Below, one piece after another: positions 35,918-44,666 of a stretch of 46,203 nt of DNA. Position 1 is the first letter of the stretch, and every line of letters starts with the position of its first letter. This stretch comes from a virus (Duplodnaviria; Caudoviricetes). Below the pieces are notes generated by a model. It saw nothing but the letters and a program-made list of their open reading frames with translations. It was not told the origin of the DNA and searched no databases. The stretch lies in the IMG/VR virus record IMGVR_UViG_3300027815_000011, positions 1 to 46,203 of that record; one strand, written 5' to 3'. A program made the translations under genes and the position numbers.

Positions 35918-36666
35918 CCACATTGCTTGCGTGGCTGTTTGGATTCCTCCGTCTCGGCGTTGCTGACGGCGATCTTCCGCCCGGCGACGATTTGCCGCCG
36001 GATGACCCGCCTGCCGACGACCCGCCGGCAGACGACCCGCCTGCCGACGACGACCTGAGCCTCGAGGCTGCCGACGACGACCCGCCCGCAGACGACGCAG
36101 CCGCAGACACCGAATCCGCCAAGGCGATCAAAGCCGCCCAAGACGAAGCCGCCGAGCTACGCCGCCAACTCGCCGCGCGGAATACCGGCACCCCGGCTCC
36201 GACCGACGAACAGCGTACGCACGAGCAGGAAGAAGCGCGGCTACACGACCCGAAAACCACCGAACTCGAACGTTGGCAGATCCAATCGAACCGGACGCTG
36301 CGCGAGAACAATCGGAAAAGCGGTATGGCGCTCTTTCAGGCGCAGGACATTTCGGATCGCACCGCCTTCAATCAGTTGGCGGTCACGAAGCCGGCCATCC
36401 ACAAGCGGTATGCCGAGCGGGTCGAAGCCGAAGTCACCCGCATGCGCGCCGCCGGCCAGAACGCGCCGCGGGAAGCCGTGCTGCGCTACCTGATCGGCAA
36501 CGACGCCATGGAAGGCAAGCTATCCGCCAAGAAGGCCGCCAAAGCCGCCGACACGAGTACCATCGACCGCGGGCGTTCGCCCGGCGCGCGGTCGGACGTT
36601 GCTGCAAGAGGGCGTATGACCGAAAGCCAGAAGCGCGAAAAACGCCTCGAAGGCGTGCAAATATAA
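35914..36666 (+). CDS. capsid scaffolding protein
   Basis: Acidic Pro-rich N-terminal region, coiled coil and basic tail; immediately upstream of the major capsid gene. Confidence 0.75.
   Translation: MTTLLAWLFGFLRLGVADGDLPPGDDLPPDDPPADDPPADDPPADDDLSLEAADDDPPADDAAADTESAKAIKAAQDEAAELRRQLAARNTGTPAPTDEQRTHEQEEARLHDPKTTELERWQIQSNRTLRENNRKSGMALFQAQDISDRTAFNQLAVTKPAIHKRYAERVEAEVTRMRAAGQNAPREAVLRYLIGNDAMEGKLSAKKAAKAADTSTIDRGRSPGARSDVAARGRMTESQKREKRLEGVQI
35971..36096 (+). repeat. 15-bp coding repeats (DDPPA-type) in the scaffold gene
   Basis: GACGACCCGCC(T/G/C)GC units; DDLPP and DDPPA repeats. Confidence 0.8.
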
Positions 36667-36678
36667 CGGAGCAAAATC

Positions 36679-38094
36679 ATGATCCCACTGAAAAATAGAT
36701 TCCTCACCGTTGCAGCATTCGTCGCTGGCTTCACCACGCTCGGCCTGACGAACCAAGCGGCAACCTTCTCGGCTGACATCGAGAACTTCATTGCCGACAA
36801 GGTGCTGCCGCTCGCGCAGCGCCAGTTGATCGCCTACCAGTTTGGCGACCCGCTCACTCTGGACGCGCACCGCGGCACGACCTACACGGCGAGCCGCTAC
36901 GAGCGTCTGCCGCTGCCGTACGCCGCCCTGCAGGAAGGTGTAGCGCCTCCCGGCGAAGCCATGTCGGTGGCACAGATTTCCGCAACCGCGCAGCAATGGG
37001 GCGACCGCGTGGTCATCACGGACGTTGCAAACCTGACCATCAAGCACCCGCTGTTCAAGCAGGCGACCAACCTCGTCGCCATGCAGTTGCCGGAAACCCT
37101 CGAACGCAACACGTTCAACACGCTGGTGGCCGCCACGCAGATCAACTACGCGAACGGACGCGCCAACCGCGCCGCACTGGTGGCAACCGACGTGCTCTCG
37201 CCGCACGAAATCAACCGCCTGGTCGGCTCGCTGGAGGACTACGGTGCGCCCGCCTTCAACGGCGACGAGCGCGAGGACACCATGAAGGACGCCGGTGCCT
37301 ACCGCAAGTCGAAGTCCCCCGGCGCGATGCCGCACTACGTGGCTCTCATTCACCCGTTCCCGACGCAGGACATGCGGGAAAACGCGACGGTCGTAACGGC
37401 GTGGACGCATAACGACGTTGACCGCCTCTACAACAGCGAGTTGGGCGAGTGGGGCGGCGTGCGCTTCTGCAAGTCCAACATGGTTCCATACTGGATCGGC
37501 GTGGCCGACCCGGCGACCAACACGGCCTCTGCCGCCGCAGGCTCGCTTGCCACCGGCACCTACTACATCCAGATCACCGGGATGCCGACGCAGACCTCGG
37601 TCGAGCGCCGCATCTATCAGGTGTCCGCAGCGGTCAACGTCACCGGCCCGACCGGCTCGATCTCGGTGGTGCTGCCGACGCTGGCGAACTACCTGTTCAA
37701 CGTCTACATCGGCACGACCACGAGCCCGACGAACTTGGGGCTTACCGCCTCCGGCCCGTCCGTGGGTTCCTTCGCCGGCCAAGCCACTCAGCTTGCCAGC
37801 GGAGCGACGGTCGTCATCACCGGCACGGGAGCGGCCCAAACCCCGCCCGCCGCGCCGGCCACCGGCGTCTACGTGTTCCCGACCATCGTGATCGGCAAGA
37901 ACGCCTACGGGCAGGTGCTGCTGGAAAACAAGCAGTTCTACTACCTGAAAGACGCCGATAAAAGCGACCCGCTGAATCAGACGCGGGTGGTGGGCTGGAA
38001 GGTGTTTTACGGCTCGATCATCGAGAACCAGAACTTCCTCGTGCGGATCGAATCGTCCAGTGCGTTCACGCCCGGCTACAGCGTAACGGCGTAA
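36679..38094 (+). CDS. major capsid protein (N4-gp56-like family) with a Thr/Ser-rich insertion
   Basis: LQEGVAP, QQWGD...ITD, YVALIHP...D, ELGEWGGVRFCKSN, DKSDPLNQ....GWK. Confidence 0.9.
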   Translation: MIPLKNRFLTVAAFVAGFTTLGLTNQAATFSADIENFIADKVLPLAQRQLIAYQFGDPLTLDAHRGTTYTASRYERLPLPYAALQEGVAPPGEAMSVAQISATAQQWGDRVVITDVANLTIKHPLFKQATNLVAMQLPETLERNTFNTLVAATQINYANGRANRAALVATDVLSPHEINRLVGSLEDYGAPAFNGDEREDTMKDAGAYRKSKSPGAMPHYVALIHPFPTQDMRENATVVTAWTHNDVDRLYNSELGEWGGVRFCKSNMVPYWIGVADPATNTASAAAGSLATGTYYIQITGMPTQTSVERRIYQVSAAVNVTGPTGSISVVLPTLANYLFNVYIGTTTSPTNLGLTASGPSVGSFAGQATQLASGATVVITGTGAAQTPPAAPATGVYVFPTIVIGKNAYGQVLLENKQFYYLKDADKSDPLNQTRVVGWKVFYGSIIENQNFLVRIESSSAFTPGYSVTA

Positions 38095-38104
38095 GGAGCC
38101 ACTG

Positions 38105-38605
38105 ATGGCTGAGTTTGGAAAGAAGGCGATCACGCCTGCCGCCGACCTTGAGTCGCTGCAGGCGCAGGTCGCCCGCCTCACCGCGCAGGTCGCAGAGCAA
38201 TCCGAGAAGCTCACCGCTGCCGAAGATGCCGCCCGGCTGGCCGCCGAAGGCCAAGGCGTGCCGTTCATGCAGAACACCATGAGCGAAGTGCCGACCGGAC
38301 GGAAAGTGACCGTTTCGCGCTGCAAGAATCCTTGGGTTCGTGACGCCAAGAAGCAGGTGTTCGAAGAAGTCGAGATGCCGACCTTTTACTACAAGATCGA
38401 CCTCCCGGCCTCCGGCGGCGTGGACATCAAGATCAACGGCGAGTCGAAGTATCACGGCGAGACCTACGAATTTACCGTTGACGAGCTTCGCACGGTCAAG
38501 GACATGGTGGGCCGTTCTTGGGGCCACGAAGCGACGATCCGCGGCTCCAACGAAAACGTGTTCCGACGCCCGCAGAACCGGGTGTTGAGCGGGAAGGCGC
38601 ACTAA
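38105..38605 (+). CDS. hypothetical head-module protein
   Basis: AAGGAG RBS; INGESKYHGETY. Confidence 0.75.
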   Translation: MAEFGKKAITPAADLESLQAQVARLTAQVAEQSEKLTAAEDAARLAAEGQGVPFMQNTMSEVPTGRKVTVSRCKNPWVRDAKKQVFEEVEMPTFYYKIDLPASGGVDIKINGESKYHGETYEFTVDELRTVKDMVGRSWGHEATIRGSNENVFRRPQNRVLSGKAH

Positions 38606-39021
38606 TGAGCGACGACAAGAAACCGATGGACACCGGAGCCAAGCCGATCATCGGTAACTTCAACCTGTCGGCGGCGCTGCCGAACAACCGCTCGATCGCG
38701 GTCGCCGGCTACTTCTACGAAGGCGAGTCCGTCGCGTCCATCAACGAGCGCCTCGACCTGTGTCAGGAAGCCATCGAGCGCCAGCGCCTGCGCTGCGAGA
38801 TACCCGAACTCGAAGCGGCGCGCGAGCAGCGCATCACGGCGATGCGCCAGATGACCGAAGTCATGAACGAACTCGCCGGCAAGCAACAGGCCGGCAAGAT
38901 TTCCAGTCAGGAGCGCCTCACCCTGAAGAACATGCAGGTGAACCTCAAGAAAGTCAGCGAGGACATCAGCAAGGGCGAAGTGGCGATCGCTGACGCCAAG
39001 CGTAAGACGGGGACAGCGTAG
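38605..39021 (+). CDS. hypothetical coiled-coil protein
   Basis: TAATG coupling to the previous gene. Confidence 0.7.
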   Translation: MSDDKKPMDTGAKPIIGNFNLSAALPNNRSIAVAGYFYEGESVASINERLDLCQEAIERQRLRCEIPELEAAREQRITAMRQMTEVMNELAGKQQAGKISSQERLTLKNMQVNLKKVSEDISKGEVAIADAKRKTGTA

Positions 39022-39022
39022 T

Positions 39023-39718
39023 GTGCTCACCGCGGCCCAAATTGTCACCAAGGCTTGCGCGATTGCAAAAGCGCCGGGCTTCACTACGCAGGGTGGCCAG
39101 GACTTAAACCTTGTTCTAAATGATCTGGTCCTGCACCGGGACTTGAAGATCAACAGGTATTCCGGATCTGTCAGCGTCACCTCCGGCTCCACCGGCCCGT
39201 TCAATCTCCCCGCCGACTACCTTCGCACCTACGATCTTTTCTACTCGATTGACGGGCAAAAGTACTTCCTGCGCCCGGTATCGACGGAAGAGTACGACGC
39301 CAACTTTCAGAGCGCGGGCGTAGCGAACTACCCGTACGAGTATCAGACCGACCTGCAACCGCAGGCGGCAACGCCCGATACCGGCATCGCGTTGCTCTAC
39401 ATTTACCCGCAGACCAACGCGGCGTTGACGCTTACGCACCGCTACATGATCCGTAGAGCCGACATCTCGTCGCCTTCCTCATCGAGCAGCATCCCGTGGA
39501 TGCCCGATCAAGATTATTTGATTCATGCCACGGCAGCACGTTTGATGAAGCTGACCGACGATGCGCGCTACGCACAGTTCAATACCGACGCAGAAAACAT
39601 GCTACGGACACATCTGCTGATGGAGGGAGATGAACAAAAAGTAGTAAAAGAGGTTCGTTTGGACCCACAAAGATTCAGGATTCATGGACGGCTACGCAGT
39701 ACTAAAGTAACCGGCTAG
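39023..39718 (+). CDS. head-to-tail adaptor protein
   Basis: LTAAQIV..A, FNLPADYLR, G.....Y..., LYIYP; located before the nozzle gene. Confidence 0.7.
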   Translation: MLTAAQIVTKACAIAKAPGFTTQGGQDLNLVLNDLVLHRDLKINRYSGSVSVTSGSTGPFNLPADYLRTYDLFYSIDGQKYFLRPVSTEEYDANFQSAGVANYPYEYQTDLQPQAATPDTGIALLYIYPQTNAALTLTHRYMIRRADISSPSSSSSIPWMPDQDYLIHATAARLMKLTDDARYAQFNTDAENMLRTHLLMEGDEQKVVKEVRLDPQRFRIHGRLRSTKVTG

Positions 39719-40188
39719 AGATGCGCCCATCTCTTTTTGTTTGCGATGTTCCAAGCGTGCTGAGGGGTAATGTGAAACCGCTCTCCAAGTTGAGTGATGG
39801 TCAATCCTTCTGTCCAAAGCCTGCGGAGATCACGCACGTTTTCTTCAGAGAGTTTTGCGGAATGATGCTCTCTGCCTTTGTGGAAGCGTTGACGATTCTT
39901 GGAAAATTTATCGTCAGAGTTATCCTGATTTGTCCCGAGGAACAGATGCGCCGGATTTACGCAAGCTGGAACATCGCATTGGTGAAGAACGCATACGCCG
40001 TTGGGGACTGCACCATTATGGAGTTCCCAACTGCAAACATGAGCGCGCGCCTGTCTTGTCGGATTGACCATTTTGAACGCGCCGTATCCGCCACTCAACA
40101 GCGCGCCCATCCAAATCCAACATCCCGCTTCAGGTATGCGCTCGATCTTCTCGAAGAACCGTTCCGTGATAGACTTCTTGGCAGCCAT
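39715..40188 (-). mobile_element. free-standing HNH homing endonuclease gene
   Basis: GCWIWMG, GYG, AH...W, VLHQCDVPACVNPAHLFLGTNQDN, C-terminal HTH; antisense within the tail operon. Confidence 0.88.
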
Positions 40189-40273
40189 TGCCGAACCTCC
40201 TTACAGGTTGGTTATTGGTTAGGAGCCGATAGCGTTCTAGCGCTACCGGCTTCGTTTATTATAGGCTGAAATA

Positions 40274-41896
40274 ATGCCTATAAGTCAACCAAGTTATCCT
40301 ATAAGATTCACCCCGAAAGGGCTTGTTGACGCGCTCGACGCCACCGACAAGTTCCCCGGCGCCTGCCTTGCCCTGACGAATCTCGTATTCGATCAGTCGA
40401 ATCCCGAGATCATGGTGTCGCGTCCCGGCGCGGCTACGATCACGTCCTTCTCCGGCATCTCGACGCCGGGAACCGTATCGGTGCAGATTTCGGTTGGCAC
40501 GCGCACCTACGGCATGATTTCGAGTGCGCTGAATGTCGGCAAGGATCAGCCGTTTTCCTACGACAACGACGCCGGCACGTTCGACGCTATATCCGGCATC
40601 ACGAACGCCAACTCGCCTACTACTCAGGCGACGACCGGCGCGTGGACGCCGCCGACGATGGCGGTCATCGGCACCAGGATCATCGTGACGCATCCGGGCT
40701 TCCCGGGCGGTGCCACCAAGTTCGGCTACTTCGACATTTCCACGGTAGGCTCACCCGTGTGGGCGGCTGGCGACACCGCGACCAACGCGCTGCCTTCCAC
40801 CCCTACGGCGGTCGCAAACTTCGCTAACCGGGCGTGGTACGCCTGCGGGCAGTCGCTGGTCTATTCGGACGTGCTGGTGCCGCTGACGGTCACCAACTCG
40901 ACGCAGGCGCTTACCATTGGCGACACCAACACGATAACCGCGTTGCAGGGCTTGCCGGTGCAGACCAGCTCCAGCGGCGTGATTCAGGCGCTGATGGTGT
41001 TCAAGGATTTTCAGATATGGCAGGTCACCGGGGACTCGGTGACGAGTAACCTCGCCAGCAACTTCCTGTCACTCACGGTCGGAAGCTCGATGCCGCGCTC
41101 ACTCGCGCTATCCCCGCTCGGCCTCTACTTCGGCTCGATCGCCGGCCCCTACATCATCACCCAGGTCGGCAACGTCATGCCGGTCACGAACTCCGGGCAG
41201 GTCACAGATCCAGACATCGTGGCCCCCTTTCAGAACGCCGTCACGCCGTCGCGCGTTGCCGGCGGCTTCTCGAACGGGGTGTACCGCGTTTGCATCGAGA
41301 CGATCATCCGGGGCACGCAGGCGAAGAACGACTACTGGTTTGACGAGCGCCGGCGCCGCTGGACGGGGCCGCACAGCTTTTCCTACGACTGCGCCTCGCA
41401 GTACAGCAACTATTTCGTCCTGTGCTCGAACGATGCCACCGCCAAACTTTTCAAGTCGCAGGTGATCCCGGACTCGGGAAGCGCCTACACGGACAACGGC
41501 ACGGCCACTTCCGCGATCCTGCAATCCTCGACGCTTCCGAAAACGGGGCGCATGACCGAAAAGCAGGTCGTGGAATCCACTCAGGAACTCGCCGCGGCCG
41601 GGCAGACGACTTCGTACCAGATCGAGGCGCAGGACGAAGAGGAAACCGCGCTGGACACCACGAGCATATCGGTGGGCGGCGGCGGCGGTATTTGGGGGTC
41701 TTTCGTGTGGGGCGACGGCACGCTCTGGTCGCGCTCGACCAACCGGCCCGGCGTCTACAACGTGCCGTGGTCGAAGCCGCTGGTGTTCAAGAAAATGGCG
41801 CTCAAGATCACGGCTTCATCGACAACCGCGCTTGCCATCGGCACGTTCTTCGCCCGGTACCAAGACTGCGGATATTCTAATCGTGATCCATCATGA
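40274..41896 (+). CDS. tail nozzle / DNA stabilisation protein (P22 gp10-like position)
   Basis: 540 aa beta-rich protein with N-terminal RPG and WG...WG near the C-terminus; follows the adaptor. Confidence 0.7.
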   Translation: MPISQPSYPIRFTPKGLVDALDATDKFPGACLALTNLVFDQSNPEIMVSRPGAATITSFSGISTPGTVSVQISVGTRTYGMISSALNVGKDQPFSYDNDAGTFDAISGITNANSPTTQATTGAWTPPTMAVIGTRIIVTHPGFPGGATKFGYFDISTVGSPVWAAGDTATNALPSTPTAVANFANRAWYACGQSLVYSDVLVPLTVTNSTQALTIGDTNTITALQGLPVQTSSSGVIQALMVFKDFQIWQVTGDSVTSNLASNFLSLTVGSSMPRSLALSPLGLYFGSIAGPYIITQVGNVMPVTNSGQVTDPDIVAPFQNAVTPSRVAGGFSNGVYRVCIETIIRGTQAKNDYWFDERRRRWTGPHSFSYDCASQYSNYFVLCSNDATAKLFKSQVIPDSGSAYTDNGTATSAILQSSTLPKTGRMTEKQVVESTQELAAAGQTTSYQIEAQDEEETALDTTSISVGGGGGIWGSFVWGDGTLWSRSTNRPGVYNVPWSKPLVFKKMALKITASSTTALAIGTFFARYQDCGYSNRDPS

Positions 41897-43725
41897 CGAA
41901 CCCGCTTAACTTCTTCCGCCCTGCCACGATCATCTCGGCTTTGCCGGATGCGATCACGAACGGCACGACCGCCGACGCTTCCGAAGTCACGGCGAACTTT
42001 AACCATATCGTCGCACAGGTCAACGCCAACGCAGCGCAGTTGTCCCTCACCCCGCAGCTTGCGAGCGCCAACAGTTTCACCGCTCGGCAGTCCGGAGTTG
42101 CGGCTGGCTTGCCCGCCAACTTCCCGATTGCAACGCAGGTGCAGGACTGGGTGTTCAACACGCTGACCTCCACTCTCGGGACGAACACGATCACCGCGCG
42201 CTGTGCAACGCTTGCGGTCGGTGCGCTCGCCAACGGGCAGGTGTTTACCTTCGTGCCCTCGCAGACCAACACGGGGCCGGTTACGTTGAACCCGGATGGT
42301 CTTGGCGCGACCACGGTATTCATGTCAGGCACGAACGTCACGACGAGCCAAATCGTGAGGGATGTGCCGGTAGCCGTGCGCTATCAAAGCCCGAACTTCC
42401 ACGTCATCGGCGCGTCCGATGGAATCTCCAAGACGTTGTTCGACGCGGCGGGCGACCTGATTATCGGCACCGCTGCGGATACCGCGGGTAGGCTGGCAAT
42501 CGGGGCAGCGTATCGACGCCTCGCCGTGAACGCAGGGGCCACCGCTCCCGAGTGGGTGGCTGACTCGCAGAACACCGTCATTCAGGCCGCTGGCGACATG
42601 CTCTACGGCACCATGTCGAGCACGGTGGCCCGGCTTCCCATCGGATCTGCCCTGCAACTGATGCGCGTGAATTCCGGCGCAACGGCTCCCGAGTGGTCTG
42701 CCCAAGACCCGACGAAAGTGCAGTTGCAGAATTCGGCATACCTGACGCTGACCTCGACGCTCGGCACCAATACGATTACCGCGCGCTGCGCCGCGCTCAC
42801 CATCGGCGCTTTGGCTGACGGCCAGATTTTCACCTTTGTGCCGTCGCAAACGAATACCGGCCCGGTGACGCTAAATCCTGACGGCGTAGGCGCGGCGACG
42901 ATCTTCTCCAACGGAACGAACGTTACCTCCGGCCAACTGGTCCGGGACGTGCCGATGGCGGTTCGGTATCAGTCTCCGATCTTCCATCTCATCGGCGGCG
43001 CTGACATCACCGGGAAAAATAATACGTGGACTAAAGCGCAGCGCGGAGCCTACGTTGCGCTGACGAGTAGCGGCGCTTCCATCGCCGTCGATCTTTCGCT
43101 CTCCAACAACTTCACGCACACGCTGACGGAGAACACGACGCTCGCAGCGCCGTCGAACGTGGTGCCCGGGCAGTCCGGCGTAATCGAATTCACGCAACAC
43201 GCGAGCGCGGCCAAGACGCTTGCCTACAACTCGTTCTGGCGCATGGGAACCGGCGTAGGGCTTACGATCTCAACCACGCTCGGCTCGGTCAACGAATTCT
43301 GCTACGTGGTGGACTCATCTGGCGCGTTTGCAACTTGCAGTATGCAGGTCGCCGTCGCGGCCGCTTTTGCGGCTGGCCCGGGCTTCTCGGCATCGTTCCT
43401 TAGCGCCGAACAAGTGATTACCGCAGGCGGCGCATTGACGATTGCCCACGGACTCGGTGCAGCACCGCGACTTCTTCAGGTCTATATAAAATGCCTCTCC
43501 GCTGAACTTGGATATTCGGTGGGAGATTTTCTGTCGGTCAACAGCGCCCCAGTCTCGAACTCGACCGCCGACAACTTCGGATACTCGCTGGTGTTCGATG
43601 CCACAAACCTGACGATCAGATGGGGTTCCAACGCGAACGTGCTTATCGTCAACCGCAAAGACACTGGCGCAGGCAGCGGGATTGATGCGACAAAGTGGGG
43701 CGCTTACTTCGGGGCGTGGGCATGA
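41893..43725 (+). CDS. tail fibre/spike protein 1
   Basis: NGTTADASEVTANF anchor domain, duplicated LTSTLGTNTITARC modules, GD...RL.IG...APEW repeats, IAHGLGAAP. Confidence 0.8.
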   Translation: MTNPLNFFRPATIISALPDAITNGTTADASEVTANFNHIVAQVNANAAQLSLTPQLASANSFTARQSGVAAGLPANFPIATQVQDWVFNTLTSTLGTNTITARCATLAVGALANGQVFTFVPSQTNTGPVTLNPDGLGATTVFMSGTNVTTSQIVRDVPVAVRYQSPNFHVIGASDGISKTLFDAAGDLIIGTAADTAGRLAIGAAYRRLAVNAGATAPEWVADSQNTVIQAAGDMLYGTMSSTVARLPIGSALQLMRVNSGATAPEWSAQDPTKVQLQNSAYLTLTSTLGTNTITARCAALTIGALADGQIFTFVPSQTNTGPVTLNPDGVGAATIFSNGTNVTSGQLVRDVPMAVRYQSPIFHLIGGADITGKNNTWTKAQRGAYVALTSSGASIAVDLSLSNNFTHTLTENTTLAAPSNVVPGQSGVIEFTQHASAAKTLAYNSFWRMGTGVGLTISTTLGSVNEFCYVVDSSGAFATCSMQVAVAAAFAAGPGFSASFLSAEQVITAGGALTIAHGLGAAPRLLQVYIKCLSAELGYSVGDFLSVNSAPVSNSTADNFGYSLVFDATNLTIRWGSNANVLIVNRKDTGAGSGIDATKWGAYFGAWA

Positions 43726-44663
43726 TACCTGGATGCTCAGTGCCGCCGATATACTCGCCACCGTCATTCGTGCCCGGTGCTCGGCAGACCAACTGGATAT
43801 CGCGCGTCAGTGCCGCCGATATTGCGTGGCCCTCGGTTGCCTATGGCGCAGGTCTATTCGCTGCGGTTTCGTACAGCGGCGGCGATCAACTGATGACCTC
43901 GCCCGATGGAATCACATGGACACAAAGGGCGTTGGCCCAACCTCACGAGGCCGTGACGTTTGCTGCTAGCCAGTTTGTTGCCGTGAAAGGAAGCGGCGCA
44001 GGTGCTGGCGCATCCAATCGAGTTGCGACTTCCGCAGACGGCATCACTTGGGCAGACCATTCTGGTGCCGCAGATATTCAGTGGCACGTCATTGGATACG
44101 GGAATGGGGTATGGGTTGCTCTGGCGACAAGCGGGGTTGGAAACCGCGCGATGTCATCGAGTGACGCCGCTACATGGACAGGCAGGGTAAGCGCCGCAGA
44201 CAATGCATGGCAGGGTGTGGCCTATGGGGCCGGCGTGTTTGCAGCGGTTGCGAACACCGGAACTGGCGACAGAGTTATGACCTCTCCTGACGGGGTGACA
44301 TGGACGAGCCGGTTGAGCGCAACGGAGAACGACTGGAGTGGAGTGGTTTTCGCCAACGGCCTGTTCGTTGCCGTTTCGTCTACTGGTACTGGTGACCGCG
44401 TGATGACGAGTCCTGACGGCATTACCTGGACGAGCCGCGCAAGTGCAGCGGACCATGCGTGGAGAAATATAGCCTATGGCAACGGACTGTTCGTCGCTGT
44501 GTCTTCCACAGGAACAGTGATGACTTCCCCTGACGGCATAACGTGGACTCTCGGAACAGCCCCAGTTGCGAATCAATGGTACGGCATTGTGTACGGCAAC
44601 GGAACTTTCGTTGCTACGTCTATTACCGGCACCGGAAACCGCGTGATGACTTCGAGCTATTAA
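43722..44663 (+). CDS. beta-propeller (BNR-like repeat) tail-associated protein
   Basis: About 7 repeats of W..VAYG.G.FVAV...RVMTSPDGITWT. Confidence 0.8.
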   Translation: MIPGCSVPPIYSPPSFVPGARQTNWISRVSAADIAWPSVAYGAGLFAAVSYSGGDQLMTSPDGITWTQRALAQPHEAVTFAASQFVAVKGSGAGAGASNRVATSADGITWADHSGAADIQWHVIGYGNGVWVALATSGVGNRAMSSSDAATWTGRVSAADNAWQGVAYGAGVFAAVANTGTGDRVMTSPDGVTWTSRLSATENDWSGVVFANGLFVAVSSTGTGDRVMTSPDGITWTSRASAADHAWRNIAYGNGLFVAVSSTGTVMTSPDGITWTLGTAPVANQWYGIVYGNGTFVATSITGTGNRVMTSSY

Positions 44664-44666
44664 AAC

